Source: an uncultured Phycisphaerales bacterium
Lineage (GTDB): Bacteria > Planctomycetota > Phycisphaerae > WQYP01
Assembly: GCA_903845195.1 (NCBI GenBank)
Contig: CAIMWO010000077.1
Coordinates: forward strand, 8,230-72,229
Direction: 5' to 3'
DNA: 64,000 nt
The notes under the pieces were generated by a model. That model made no database searches and was not told the origin of the DNA. It worked only from the letters and a program-made list of their open reading frames with translations. Positions 47,511 through 58,453 of this stretch are shown here, one piece after another. Position numbers and translations under genes: made by a program. How positions within the stretch are numbered: the first letter of the stretch is position 1; the number at the start of each line of letters is the position of its first letter.

Positions 47511-49301
47511 ATGCATTCAACGTCGGCGGTCGCTGGTCATGAGCGTTTCACGGTTTGTCGCAAGGCGGTGGTGCAGGAATTGATCAAGCCGGCGCGCGTC
47601 GTCGCACGGGGAGAGGGGAAGTGGTTCATCGATTTTGGCAGGGCGTGTTTTGGGGGACTGGAGTTGGTCCTCGATAAACCGGAGGCGGGACGAAAGGTGA
47701 CGGCGAGACTGGGTGAGAAGTTGGCGGCGCCGGAGGAGATCGATCGGCAACCGGGGGGATCGGTGCGGTATCTGGAGGCCGCCGTGGTCTTGGCAGCGGG
47801 AAGGAGTGTCTATCGGTTGGAACTCGGGGAGAAGGATGGCCGACTGATGCCCGATGCAGTGGGGCCGGTCATGCCATTTCGTTATGCCGAACTGGAGGGG
47901 TTGCCGACTGGGCTTGGCGAGAAGGAATTGAGGAATGGGGCGGTGCGGCAGGTGATGGCCTTCTATCCGTTCGATGATGGAGCTGCGGATTTTTCCTGTG
48001 CGGATAACCAGTTGAACGCCATCTGGGAGATGTGTAAGCACACAATTAAGGCGACGAGTTTCGGCGGCGTGTTTGTGGACGGCGATCGGGAACGCAAACC
48101 GTATGAGGCGGATGCGTACATCAACCAACTGGGGTGGTATTGCTGCACGACGGATGTGACGCTGCCACGGCACACGCACGAGTACTTGATGCTGCATCCC
48201 ACGTGGCCGACGGAATGGATCTTGTTTTCGGTGCTCATTGCTTGGGAGGACTACGTTTACACCGGAGACGATGCGAGCCTGCGGGCGTTTTACGACGATC
48301 TGAAGGCGAAGACGTTGCAGGCGCTGGCGCGTGATGATGGCCTCATCAGCACGGTGAAGCCAGCGGTTTCCGAGTCAGTGCTGGCATCGATATACCTTCA
48401 AGAAAAGCTACAGGATATTGTCGATTGGCCTTGGGCAGAGCGCGATGGCTGCGATACGCGTCCGGTGAATACCGTGGTGAATGCCTTTCATTGCCGTGCG
48501 CTGACGCTCATGGCGCGCATCGCGGAGGTGGTCGGGCATCTGCAGGATGCGGCAGTCTTCAGGACGGCGGCACGGCATGCGACTGACAGCCTGAACGAAA
48601 AACTGGTGGATCGGGTTACGGGTTTGTATGTCGACGGCGAAGGCAGCACGCACAGTTGCCTGCATGCAAATTTGTTTCCGCTGGCCTTTGGTCTGGTGCC
48701 TGCGGAACGGAAGGAGCGGGTGCTGGCGTTCATTGAGGGTCGCGGAATGGCCTGCAGTGTGTATGCGGCGCAATTCTTGATGGATGTGCTGTTCGACCAC
48801 CAGCGGGGAGATGCCGCGCTGGCCCTGATGACGGCGCCGGGCAACCGGAGTTGGCGGCACATGGTCGAAGACGTGGGAACGACCCTCGCGCTCGAGGCCT
48901 GGGACAACCAATACAAACCTAATCAGGATTGGAATCACGCATGGGGCGCGGCACCCGCTAATGTTCTGCCGCGGAAGGTACTGGGCATTGAGCCTTTGGA
49001 GCCGGGCATGTCGCGGGTGCTCATTTGGCCGCGTGCGGGAAAGCTGGCGTGGGCGAAAGGAAAGATTCCCACTGTGAAGGGAACGATTGCCGTGGAGTGG
49101 GAGCGGACTGGCGCGGACGGTTTTCGGATGGAGATCGAGTTGCCGCCAGGCATCGTGGCGCGGGTGGGGTTACCGCGACTGGGGGGCACGGTGGAAGTGG
49201 ATGTCGATGGGCAGGAGAAGAAGGGGGAAGAACGGGACGGGGCGGTATTTGTGGAAATCGTCGACGCCGGCAGGCACCGTTGTGAGTTACGCACCCGATA
49301 G
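47511..49301 (+). CDS. Alpha-L-rhamnosidase-like glycoside hydrolase (GH78)
   Basis: DFGR, FRYAE, VDGDRERKPYEAD, IVDWP, EAWD, NHAWGAAPA, LGIEPLEPG. Confidence 0.8.
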   Translation: MHSTSAVAGHERFTVCRKAVVQELIKPARVVARGEGKWFIDFGRACFGGLELVLDKPEAGRKVTARLGEKLAAPEEIDRQPGGSVRYLEAAVVLAAGRSVYRLELGEKDGRLMPDAVGPVMPFRYAELEGLPTGLGEKELRNGAVRQVMAFYPFDDGAADFSCADNQLNAIWEMCKHTIKATSFGGVFVDGDRERKPYEADAYINQLGWYCCTTDVTLPRHTHEYLMLHPTWPTEWILFSVLIAWEDYVYTGDDASLRAFYDDLKAKTLQALARDDGLISTVKPAVSESVLASIYLQEKLQDIVDWPWAERDGCDTRPVNTVVNAFHCRALTLMARIAEVVGHLQDAAVFRTAARHATDSLNEKLVDRVTGLYVDGEGSTHSCLHANLFPLAFGLVPAERKERVLAFIEGRGMACSVYAAQFLMDVLFDHQRGDAALALMTAPGNRSWRHMVEDVGTTLALEAWDNQYKPNQDWNHAWGAAPANVLPRKVLGIEPLEPGMSRVLIWPRAGKLAWAKGKIPTVKGTIAVEWERTGADGFRMEIELPPGIVARVGLPRLGGTVEVDVDGQEKKGEERDGAVFVEIVDAGRHRCELRTR

Positions 49302-49407
49302 GGGCCGAGTACACGGCCGTTCGGTTCGGATGGAAAGCCGGAGTGCGTTTAATGACCTGATAAACGCTGATGGCCCCGGCGGTTGCCGGAGCCATCAGTT
49401 TTTTCAA

Positions 49408-49482
49408 TCGGGGCGACAGGATTTGAACCTGCGACCCCCAGACCCCCAGTCTGGTGCGCTAGCCAGGCTGCGCTACGCCCCG
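49408..49482 (-). tRNA. tRNA-Pro (anticodon GGG)
   Basis: Reverse complement CGGGGCGTAGCGCAGCCTGG...CCAGA-CTGGGGG-TCTGG...GGTTCAAATCC..CGCCCCGA. Confidence 0.95.
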
Positions 49483-49645
49483 AGAAGTCCGCTACTATAC
49501 CCGAAGGGCTATTTCCTAGCCAATAGCCGTGCGAATTTTGTCCGAGCGTGTTTATCGCCTTAGGCGCAAGGAACACCTCCCCCGCTGCGGCCACTGGCCG
49601 CATCGCCAGACACTTTGCATACACCCAAGTGCCCGCCGCGTTCGT

Positions 49646-50014
49646 TCAACGCTCCCGCGCGTAGTCCACCATTCCCTGAAAATCCACGATCACTGCATCT
49701 ACGTCTCCCACCACCCACGCATCGTGGCCGGAGGGTAGCAGGGAGACATCGCCAGGACGGCAGTCGAATTCCGTGCCATCGTCCATCCTGATCCGCAGGA
49801 CACCCGCGACGTGATACTGAAAGTGCGCGGCCTCACAACTCTTCGTTTTGGCAATAGGCTGCACGCAAGTCGCCCAGCGCCACCCTGGCTGCAAAGTCAC
49901 GCGCCCCACTGTGGCCCCGCCGATCTTCACCAGTTCGAGCCGGCCCTTCGGAAATTCGCGTACTTCATCCGGCTTCTCAAAACTCACCCGTTCTGCCATC
50001 TGCATGACCTGCAT
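49646..50014 (-). CDS. Cupin-domain protein
   Basis: AGAGGT RBS; PDEVREF, QPGWRW, CEAAHFQY, PSGHDAWVVG. Confidence 0.8.
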   Translation of the reverse strand: MQVMQMAERVSFEKPDEVREFPKGRLELVKIGGATVGRVTLQPGWRWATCVQPIAKTKSCEAAHFQYHVAGVLRIRMDDGTEFDCRPGDVSLLPSGHDAWVVGDVDAVIVDFQGMVDYARER

Positions 50015-50277
50015 ATTCCACCTCTTTCTAGGGGTTAGAAGTGACCACTTTGTCGATGAGATGATAGGCACCCGGGGCATTTGGTTCTGAAAAAAATGTT
50101 GGGAAGAACTAGACCGCTCACCTCTGGTCACATCTTCCGCCGAGCATTTCACGCCTGATGAATAGCGTTGCTCCCCCATGCGTGGTTTCGCTGTTGAATT
50201 GTTTGCGAAAAACGTCACGATCCCCCGTGTCCGAAGACACGTGCCTTTTCACTTGCAGCTGCTGTATTCTGAGAAAT

Positions 50278-50350
50278 TGGAGACGACCGGGATCGAACCG
50301 GCAACCCCTAGCTTGCAAAGCTAGTGCTCTCCCAATTGAGCTACGTCCCC
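50278..50350 (-). tRNA. tRNA-Ala (anticodon TGC)
   Basis: Reverse complement GGGGACGTAGCTCAATTGGGAGAGC..CTAGC-TTTGCAA-GCTAG..GGTTCGATCCC..CGTCTCCA. Confidence 0.95.
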
Positions 50351-50484
50351 GTGTCGGCGTTGCCGCGACAGATGGGTCATCCTACCAAATGGCCTTCCTA
50401 TTACAAGGTTGGCGAAGGGACGCGAGGGTTGAAACCCCCCGCCGCGTGCCCCTATGATGCGCGGGTCTTTGGAAGGATCAATTC

Positions 50485-51759
50485 ATGACCACTAGCATTG
50501 AGCACGGCGCGGCCCGCTTGAGTTCCGAGCAGGTCGCGACGCAGAAGTTAAATCCTCGTGCCGTGAAGGCTGTGCCGGACGTACACGGGCATTTCGGCCA
50601 GTATGGCGGGATGTACGTGCCCGAAACGCTGATGGGCGCGGTGCGCCAGCTGGCCGACGAATATGAACGGGCCAAAAAGGATCCGGCGTTCAAGGAGCAG
50701 TTGAATTACTACCTGCGGCAATTTGTGGGCCGGCCTACGCCGTTGTATTTCGCACAGCGACTGACGGAATTGGGCGGCGGCGCGAAGATTTATTTGAAGC
50801 GCGAAGACCTGGCGCATACCGGGGCGCACAAGATTAACAACACCATCGGGCAGACGCTGCTGACGCTGCGGATGGGCAAGAAGCGGGTGATTGCTGAGAC
50901 CGGCGCCGGCCAGCACGGCGTGGCGACGGCGACCGCGGCAGCGGCGTTCGGGCTGACGTGCGATGTGTACATGGGGTCGGAAGATATTCGCCGGCAGAAT
51001 CTGAATGTGTTTCGGATGCGGTTGATGGGCACGCGGGTGATCTCCGTGGAGTCGGGATCGAAGACGCTCAAGGATGCTACGAACGAGGCGATGCGCGATT
51101 GGATGGGCTCGGTGGCGCATACGCATTACATCATCGGTTCGGTGGTCGGGCCGCACCCGTTTCCGCAGATCGTGCGGGATTTTCAGTCCATCATCGGCAT
51201 TGAGACGCGGCAGCAGTGCCTCGATACGTTCGAGCGGCTGCCGGATGCGATCGTCGCGTGCGTCGGCGGCGGATCGAATGCGGCGGGAATCTTCTATCCG
51301 TTTGTCGAAGACTCCGGCGTGAAGCTCTTTGGTGTCGAGGCCGGCGGGCGCGGGCTGAATCCCGGAGACCATGCGGCGTCGATCGGATTCGGCAAGCCGG
51401 GGGTGCTGCACGGGTCGCTTTCGTATGTGCTGCAGACGCCGGACGGACAGACGGCGGATGTGCATTCGGTGTCGGCAGGGCTCGATTATCCGGGCGTAGG
51501 TCCGGAGCACGCATACTGGAAGGATGCAGGCCGGGTGGCGTATTCCTCAATCACGGATAAGCAAGCCCTTGAGGCCTTCCAGATTCTTGCACAACGTGAA
51601 GGGATCATCCCCGCACTGGAATCCGCACATGCGATCGCGTTTGCTCTCCAACAGGCGCGTACAATGTCCAAGGATCAGATTCTGGTGATCAACCTCTCAG
51701 GCCGCGGCGACAAGGATTGCGTCGAAGTGGCCCGGCTGCTGGAGACGGCAAAGAGTTGA
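50485..51759 (+). CDS. trpB: Tryptophan synthase beta chain
   Basis: [60 protein letters not shown]. Confidence 0.97.
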   Translation: MTTSIEHGAARLSSEQVATQKLNPRAVKAVPDVHGHFGQYGGMYVPETLMGAVRQLADEYERAKKDPAFKEQLNYYLRQFVGRPTPLYFAQRLTELGGGAKIYLKREDLAHTGAHKINNTIGQTLLTLRMGKKRVIAETGAGQHGVATATAAAAFGLTCDVYMGSEDIRRQNLNVFRMRLMGTRVISVESGSKTLKDATNEAMRDWMGSVAHTHYIIGSVVGPHPFPQIVRDFQSIIGIETRQQCLDTFERLPDAIVACVGGGSNAAGIFYPFVEDSGVKLFGVEAGGRGLNPGDHAASIGFGKPGVLHGSLSYVLQTPDGQTADVHSVSAGLDYPGVGPEHAYWKDAGRVAYSSITDKQALEAFQILAQREGIIPALESAHAIAFALQQARTMSKDQILVINLSGRGDKDCVEVARLLETAKS

Positions 51760-51775
51760 TCCGCTGTTACGCAAA

Positions 51776-52144
51776 TTGGAAATGACCATGAACGACCTGC
51801 TGAAGAAAATCATCGGTATGCAATTGTGTGCGGTTGCGGGAATGCTGCTGGTCGGCTGCGAGTCGGAGTTTGCGTCCGATCCGACGCGGCCGATGCCGAC
51901 GCGCGCGGTGGAGAGTCCGCAAGATGTGAGCAGTCCGAATCATGAGATCATGGTGCAGAATCCGGGGACGGTGCCGCTGGTTTCGGTAACGCTGCCGAAC
52001 CGGCCGGGTGAGAATCCGCAGGTCAGGACGATCGCGGACAACGTTCACGATACGTTCACGCCACCCGCGGCCACGCGCCCCACCAGCACTGGCACTGAGA
52101 CCGTTACCCCCCCTATCCACATCGATCCCATTTCCGGCAAGTAG
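51776..52144 (+). CDS. Putative lipoprotein
   Basis: Lipobox-like LLVGC after a hydrophobic stretch; Pro/Thr-rich. Confidence 0.55.
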   Translation: MEMTMNDLLKKIIGMQLCAVAGMLLVGCESEFASDPTRPMPTRAVESPQDVSSPNHEIMVQNPGTVPLVSVTLPNRPGENPQVRTIADNVHDTFTPPAATRPTSTGTETVTPPIHIDPISGK

Positions 52145-52177
52145 TATTCGCTAGCTTTTCGCGCCTGCCGAAGGGAA

Positions 52178-55100
52178 TCAGCGTTGCTTCGTGAGGGCGA
52201 GTACGCGCGGCGCCGAGAGAATGCCCATCGGCTGCAGTCGATACTCATACGTCCAGTTCGCCCCTGTCGAGCGCCAGGCATCCGGCCCGTACCATTTCAA
52301 GCGATCGTGGGCGTAATGCACGATTCCAAACGCATTCGCCCGATTCCCGAACAACGTCAGGTCGAACCGCCCGCGACCGCGTGATTTCAAGTCGGCCCGA
52401 TGCGGTGCGAATGCCAGCGATCCACAATCCTTACCATCCAGAGCCGCCCGCAGCGTGGGCCCCTTGAAATTGGATACCTCGACAGCCAGCGGCCCTTTCA
52501 CCTGTGGCAGCGTGCAGTGGTAGGTCACATTCCCGGCGTAGAACGGCAATCCCTGATGTGTGAAATCGCCCCATTCTAGCGCCCGGACCGGCACAACTAG
52601 CCGCGCCCCGCGGCCCATCACGCGTACGCCAAAATCGCCCAGTAAGTAGCACCATTCCAGATTCCGCTTCCGCGTGAAGGGAATCGACAGGATCAGCTCA
52701 TGCTCGCCCGCCGCCATGTCGGGCAGTAAAACGGTCTTGATCGACTCGTCCGTGAAGTACCCCGCCACCTTCGATTTTACCTTGGACCCATCCAGAAAAA
52801 TCTCTGTGGTTTCCGCATCCTCCAGCGCCAGCCGCGGCGATGCCACCGCCACATCCGAGGAAATCCGGAATCGCAGTTCCACCTTGCCCAATACCGGATC
52901 CTTCTTGCGATCCACCCACGGCTGCGCCACGTGCCCTTCGCGCGGCGGCAATCCGAAGACGTGCCGTACCGCGTTGTGCGCCCGCAATAGCTCTTCCTGC
53001 GGCGACCATGCTCCGCCATTGACCCGCCACTCGGCCTGATCCAGCAGCAAGACATTCGGTTCCGACAGCGTCACGGGCACCGGTCCTGTTAGCCGCGCGA
53101 TCTCGGTCCGCGCCGGTTCCAGAAGGCTGGCACCGGTCTTGCGTTGGCCGGGCTGCAATTCCAGCAGCAGGCTCCCGTGTGCCGGGCAGTCCCAAGGGAT
53201 GATGGTGCATCCGCGCTCATATTTTGCGGCCACGTTTTCCCGATTTCCCGTAAGCGTGTCCAGCCGCGATGCCTGCCAATCGCCTTGGAGTTCGATTCGC
53301 GAGCCGAGTCGCGGCCGCTGCTGATCCGTATTGCAGACAAACAAATAGCGCGTCCGTCCATCTTCGCGCAACTGGTGCAAGAACGGCTGACTCGGCCCGA
53401 GGTCCTCACCCCAACGCCCGGCGATTCCGGTGCGAATCCGCACTTCGCGCACGGATTCGAGTGCACTGACAATGTCGGCTCGCGAATATTCGATATGCCG
53501 CGCTCGAGCCGCCAACCGCACGGCACGATCCGAAGCGACCGCGTCTACCAGCTCCGGAATACGCCCTGCAAATATCACGTTCCCACCGGCATTCACGAAG
53601 TCTTCCAGTCTGTCCAGCGTGGTTCCACGAATGGTCCGCAATCCCGGCACAACGACCACATCGTAGGCCATCTCCCCTACCTGGAATTTCGCCGCATCGC
53701 GCCTGTTCGCGGCTTTTTGTCCCGGCAACAGGCTCTCGCCCACGTAGTCAAAATCAATGCCCTCAAACAACAGCCACTTCGCCAACTCCTGGAATCCGGA
53801 CTCCAATTGCTCCCGTTCCAGTTCCGCATTGCGGCCGGCCCCGAACGCCAGCCAGTAGCTTTCCACGGGATGAATGACCGCGACGTGGACAACGGGGCGT
53901 CCGCGCGTCAGCGCCGTGTTCAGCCGCGAGAAATGATTCTCGACGACCGAGTATTCCGCATACCAAGGGGACTGATACGAAATGGCCGCGGGGTAATCGC
54001 GCTTGGCCTCGCCCGCCATGCTCACCCACGCCAGGTGCGGCACGCGTACCGTCACACCTAATGCGGCCTGCCAGTCGCCCTGGCGTTTGTGACCGGCAAA
54101 ATCAAAGTGCCAACCCGTTACGCCATATAACTCGCTCATCACGCCGGGACACCCGAATTGCCGCGCTGCGGATTGGGCCTGCTTGGCGGTCGTCAGTTCG
54201 ATGGCATCGCACAGCATGTCGATGCCGGGAATGTCGAACGCGCGGTAGCTCCGCATCGCCTCGCCCAGCGCGCTGGTTTGCGACCAGAGTGTCGGCTCTT
54301 CCATCATGTGGCCGGTGAGGGCGATCTTATTTTTGCGACACCAGCTTCCCAGCGTGTCGGCAAAGGCCGCCGAAAATCGTTCGGCCACATGATCGTGATA
54401 CGCATAACGCTCGCGGCTGGGTGCATCGGCGGGGAGTGCCCAGACCACCTCCGGCAGCGCGTCGAGCAGATCCATCCCATACGCGGCGGCAAACGTTTCG
54501 GGCAAATCGGTGGTGAACGGCAGAATGACATCCGTTTGTTCGAATGCGTCCCACAGCATGCGCTTGTGGGAGAACTGCGGCTCGTCGGTGAAGATCGCGG
54601 GAACAGATTTCCCGAATTCCTTGCCCACCGCCTTTTTGTAGACCTCGTGGGTGACTTCGATGAAGCGTTCAATCGCAGCGCGGTTCAGCGTGTCGATATA
54701 CGTCAGATTGTTGAACCACGCAGTGGGCTCCGCAGTCTCCAGGTACGCATACCACACGGTGGCCCGTGACGACGCCTTCTCCGCATCCTTGAGCCGCCGA
54801 TAGGAGGCCAGACTCCCATCCACCCCCAACTGCACCGCGTACCTTGCCAGCAGCGTACCGTTTTCGCTACGTCCGGCATGCGCCCCGGCATATCTGATGA
54901 TTTCTGCCTTCCCGCCCTTGGAGTACGGCCGCATCGTAAAGGTCAGGTGCCGGGCGCGAAACCGCGGCTCCTTCGTCACCAGGCCGCCGGCGAATCCGCT
55001 CGGCCAGCGATCTTCATCGTAGAGCCACGTCAGCATCCCGTGCTTCTTGGCGTGGGCCGCGCAGGCGCGGACGATGTTCATGAATTCTTTGCCGAGATAG

Positions 55101-55303
55101 GGCGTGTCCAATCCGGAGCGGCAGTGAATGTGCGCTCCGCCAAACCCCATTTCTCTGAAATGACCCAATTGCCGGAGCAACTGCGGCAAATCGAGCTTGC
55201 AGTTCCAACTCCAGAACGGCGTCCCGCGGTATTCGGCGGTCGGATTCCTGAACAGACTCATCGGGAGAGATTTGGCTCGATTTCGCGGATACAGCCCCAT
55301 CAT
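52178..55303 (-). CDS. Large glycoside hydrolase, GH106-like (alpha-L-rhamnosidase family)
   Basis: YRGTPFWSWN, WLYDEDRWPSGFAGG, IFTDEP, LTGHMMEE, PGIDML, SELYG. Confidence 0.72.
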   Translation of the reverse strand: MMGLYPRNRAKSLPMSLFRNPTAEYRGTPFWSWNCKLDLPQLLRQLGHFREMGFGGAHIHCRSGLDTPYLGKEFMNIVRACAAHAKKHGMLTWLYDEDRWPSGFAGGLVTKEPRFRARHLTFTMRPYSKGGKAEIIRYAGAHAGRSENGTLLARYAVQLGVDGSLASYRRLKDAEKASSRATVWYAYLETAEPTAWFNNLTYIDTLNRAAIERFIEVTHEVYKKAVGKEFGKSVPAIFTDEPQFSHKRMLWDAFEQTDVILPFTTDLPETFAAAYGMDLLDALPEVVWALPADAPSRERYAYHDHVAERFSAAFADTLGSWCRKNKIALTGHMMEEPTLWSQTSALGEAMRSYRAFDIPGIDMLCDAIELTTAKQAQSAARQFGCPGVMSELYGVTGWHFDFAGHKRQGDWQAALGVTVRVPHLAWVSMAGEAKRDYPAAISYQSPWYAEYSVVENHFSRLNTALTRGRPVVHVAVIHPVESYWLAFGAGRNAELEREQLESGFQELAKWLLFEGIDFDYVGESLLPGQKAANRRDAAKFQVGEMAYDVVVVPGLRTIRGTTLDRLEDFVNAGGNVIFAGRIPELVDAVASDRAVRLAARARHIEYSRADIVSALESVREVRIRTGIAGRWGEDLGPSQPFLHQLREDGRTRYLFVCNTDQQRPRLGSRIELQGDWQASRLDTLTGNRENVAAKYERGCTIIPWDCPAHGSLLLELQPGQRKTGASLLEPARTEIARLTGPVPVTLSEPNVLLLDQAEWRVNGGAWSPQEELLRAHNAVRHVFGLPPREGHVAQPWVDRKKDPVLGKVELRFRISSDVAVASPRLALEDAETTEIFLDGSKVKSKVAGYFTDESIKTVLLPDMAAGEHELILSIPFTRKRNLEWCYLLGDFGVRVMGRGARLVVPVRALEWGDFTHQGLPFYAGNVTYHCTLPQVKGPLAVEVSNFKGPTLRAALDGKDCGSLAFAPHRADLKSRGRGRFDLTLFGNRANAFGIVHYAHDRLKWYGPDAWRSTGANWTYEYRLQPMGILSAPRVLALTKQR

Positions 55304-55401
55304 ACTTCTCCTGCATCAAGGATCTGCCGGTCTTATATGCCGGTTGCCAATTCATCGCTCAATATTCAATATATGGACTGCTTCACCCGCCCACACGCAC
55401 T

Positions 55402-55812
55402 CTAGATCTCCCCGCCCCATTCCGGCGGCAACAGCAGCACTGGAATCTTTGTTCCCCGCACCACTTCCTGGGCGACGTTGCCCTCGATCAGCCGCGTCAG
55501 CATCCCCTTGCTCGACAGCCCCAGCATGATCATGACCACCTTGTGTTCTTCGGCGGTCTTGAGGATGGCTTGGCCGACATCATCGCTGAAGAGGAGGAGG
55601 GTTTCGACTTTGGTTTGTTTGTCGCGCATTTGAGAGGCGATTTTTTCGAGCACGCGTTCGCCGGGCAACGGCTCGCCGCCGCCGGACTCCGCACCATAGA
55701 CGACGTGGGTGACGAGGATCTGATGCCCGAGGCGTTGCACGAAGCTCGCTATGGCATCGATGCGCGCATCCGGCACCCATCGATCCGACACCGAGAGGAG
55801 AATTTTGCTCAT
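55402..55812 (-). CDS. Universal stress protein
   Basis: KILL..D, ILKTAEE, MIMLG, EGNVAQEVVRGTKIPVLLL. Confidence 0.85.
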   Translation of the reverse strand: MSKILLSVSDRWVPDARIDAIASFVQRLGHQILVTHVVYGAESGGGEPLPGERVLEKIASQMRDKQTKVETLLLFSDDVGQAILKTAEEHKVVMIMLGLSSKGMLTRLIEGNVAQEVVRGTKIPVLLLPPEWGGEI

Positions 55813-55883
55813 GATGCAATTCCTTAAATGCCTTTACCCGTGAGGGGCATTGTAACCGTGCCTGTGAATTCGGTCACGCATTT

Positions 55884-58376
55884 CTACAACATGCTCATGG
55901 GGTCCACATCCACCGATAGGCTGATCGTGCCGGAATGCAGCACGCCGCTGGTGCGTAATGACCGGAGCAGTTGCTGCAATGGGGCGGCGGTTTCGGCGAT
56001 GAGGAGCATTTCCACGCGGTACTCTTCCTGCAGGCGTTCCATCGGCGGAGGGACGGGGCCGACGACTTTGACTGGGGCTTTGAGGCGGGCGATGCAATCG
56101 TCGACGACGGTGCGGATGCGCTGGGCTTCGGTGTGCAGTTTGGTGTAACCCTTGTGGGCCATGAGGATGCGGACGATGCGGCCATAGGGTGGGAAACCGC
56201 ACTCTTTGCGATGGGGCAATTCGCTGGCGACGAAGCCGAGGTAATCGTGATTGCAGGCGTGGAGGATGGCGGGTTCTTGGGGCTGGAAGGTCTGGACGAC
56301 GACGGTGCCGCGCTCGCCGGTGCTTCCGGCCCCCCCACCGGCTCCCCCACCGACGCTGCGGCCGCTACGGCCGGCGACCTGGCAGATGAGTTGAAAGGTG
56401 CGTTCGGCGGCGCGGAAGTCGGGCATGGACATGGCGAGGTCGCTGTTGAGCACACCGACGAGTTGGACGTTGGGGAAGTCGAGGCCCTTGGCGATCATCT
56501 GCGTACCGACGAGGAGATCGATTTCGCCGAGGCCGAAGGCGTCGAGGGTTTCCTGGTAGTCTTCGACTTTGCCCATGGTGTCGGAATCCATGCGGGCGAT
56601 GCGCATGGTGGGGAATTTGCGGGCCAGTTCATCTTCGGCTCGCTGAGTGCCTTGGCCGAGGTGCGTGAGCTTCGCCTGGCAGCTCGGGCAGCGGGCGGGA
56701 AGCATCATGGAGGTGAGGCAGTAGTGGCATTTCACCTGGCCGTAGCGCTGGGCGAAATCGCCATGGGATCCGCTGGCATCTTTGGCTGTCTCGGCGCTAC
56801 GGTGGACGACCATGGTGGCGTCGCAGTTTTCGCACATGAAGACCCATTGGCAGCGCGGGCACATGATGTAATGGGCGTAGCCACGGCGATTGAGGAGGAA
56901 GATCGCCTGTTTGCCTTTTTCGAGCGTCTGTTTGAGATGATGTTCGAGGACGGTGGAGAGGATGTGCAGTCCGCGGCGTTCGTGGGATTGCTGTTTCATA
57001 TCGACGACGACGACGCGGGGCATCTGCGTGCCGAGGGGGCGGGATTTGAGGGTGAGGAGTCCCCAGTGCGGGTTGCCGCCGTGGGCGTTGTGCCAGCTTT
57101 CGAGTGCGGGGGTGGCGGAGCCGAGGAGGACGGGTATTCCGAGCATCTGGGCGCGGCGGATGGCGACATCACGGCCGTGGTATTTCGGGGCGCTGTCCTG
57201 CTTGTAGGAGTGGTCGTGTTCTTCATCGACGACGATCAGGCCGATGTCGGCGGCGGGGGCGAAGATGGCGGAACGAGCGCCGACGACGACCTGGGCCCAG
57301 CCTTCGGCGATGGCTCGCCAGTGCTGATGGCGTTCGGATTCTTTGAGGCCGGAATGAAGCACGGCGACGCGCTGGAAACGCAGCATGAAACGTTTGACGG
57401 TTTGGGGTGTGAGGGAAATTTCCGGCACGAGGACGATGGCGCGTTTGCCCTGGGCGACGACTTGTTCGATGGCGCGGATGTAGAGTTCGGTTTTGCCGGA
57501 GCCGGTGACGCCGTAGATGAGGCGCACGGCGAAGCCGCCGCGGGCGAGCAAGGCGCTGATGTCGTTCATGGCGCGTTGCTGATCGGCGCCGAGGGTGAGG
57601 GCGGGCGGGCCATTGCCGGTGGCTTCGGCACCGGTGATCAGGGGCATCTGGAGTTGTTTGCGCGGGATGACGAGTTGGAGATCGATGAATTTTCGCATCA
57701 TGGAGCGCGTGATGCGGGCGGCGGCCATCACTTGAAGTTCCGTCTGTTCGCCGGAGGCGAGTGCGGCATGAACAGCTGCGAAGGCTTTCCGGGCGCGCGG
57801 GGAGAGTTTGACAGTGGCGGTCGATTCTTCGACGGATTGGCCGGGGTGGGCAAGGGAAACCATGGCATTGGTCGGTGTGCGGACGGCACGTTTCACGGCG
57901 GCGGGAACCATGCCTGCGAGGACCAGGCCGATCGGGCAGCAGTAGTAGTTACTGATCCAGCGGGCCAGGTCGAGGAGATCGGCGGGGACGGGGGGGACGT
58001 TTCTCATGACATCGTGGATCGGCTTGAGTCCGGCGGGGCCGTTGCTGGGTGACTGGCGAAACGGCATCTCTGCAGTCTCGAAAAGCATTGCCTCCTCGGT
58101 AGCGGACCGGGCCAGCGGAGCGGGTTTGCGTTTAGTGATAAATTGCGGGGGATCGGCGGAGAGGGAGAGAATGGTAGCTGCGGTCAGGCGGTTGCCGCCA
58201 CCGAGGGGGACCATCACGCGCGAGCCGCGATGCACTTCATGGCGCATATCAGGCGGGATGCGATAGGTATATTCGGCGTCGACCGGTTCGTCGACCGCGA
58301 CCGTTGCGTAGAGGGCGGTCGAGGTTTCCGAGATATTGTCTGAGACAGGAGAAGTCATGCGCAGGCGTTGTACCAT
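55884..58376 (-). CDS. priA: Primosomal protein N'
   Basis: GVTGSGKTE, LVPEISLTPQ, DEEH, LNRRGY, four CxxC, GTQMIAKGLDFP, QVAGRSGR. Confidence 0.95.
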   Translation of the reverse strand: MVQRLRMTSPVSDNISETSTALYATVAVDEPVDAEYTYRIPPDMRHEVHRGSRVMVPLGGGNRLTAATILSLSADPPQFITKRKPAPLARSATEEAMLFETAEMPFRQSPSNGPAGLKPIHDVMRNVPPVPADLLDLARWISNYYCCPIGLVLAGMVPAAVKRAVRTPTNAMVSLAHPGQSVEESTATVKLSPRARKAFAAVHAALASGEQTELQVMAAARITRSMMRKFIDLQLVIPRKQLQMPLITGAEATGNGPPALTLGADQQRAMNDISALLARGGFAVRLIYGVTGSGKTELYIRAIEQVVAQGKRAIVLVPEISLTPQTVKRFMLRFQRVAVLHSGLKESERHQHWRAIAEGWAQVVVGARSAIFAPAADIGLIVVDEEHDHSYKQDSAPKYHGRDVAIRRAQMLGIPVLLGSATPALESWHNAHGGNPHWGLLTLKSRPLGTQMPRVVVVDMKQQSHERRGLHILSTVLEHHLKQTLEKGKQAIFLLNRRGYAHYIMCPRCQWVFMCENCDATMVVHRSAETAKDASGSHGDFAQRYGQVKCHYCLTSMMLPARCPSCQAKLTHLGQGTQRAEDELARKFPTMRIARMDSDTMGKVEDYQETLDAFGLGEIDLLVGTQMIAKGLDFPNVQLVGVLNSDLAMSMPDFRAAERTFQLICQVAGRSGRSVGGGAGGGAGSTGERGTVVVQTFQPQEPAILHACNHDYLGFVASELPHRKECGFPPYGRIVRILMAHKGYTKLHTEAQRIRTVVDDCIARLKAPVKVVGPVPPPMERLQEEYRVEMLLIAETAAPLQQLLRSLRTSGVLHSGTISLSVDVDPMSML

Positions 58377-58453
58377 CGGCCCGGGTTTGTGCCAAATGAA
58401 GCGATTGAGGGAGAGGGATGGGGCAATGGGGGAGAGTATTCGGATTCATTATT

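Noticed and set aside
55971..58052. 693-aa plus-strand ORF
   Set aside because: Antisense to priA.
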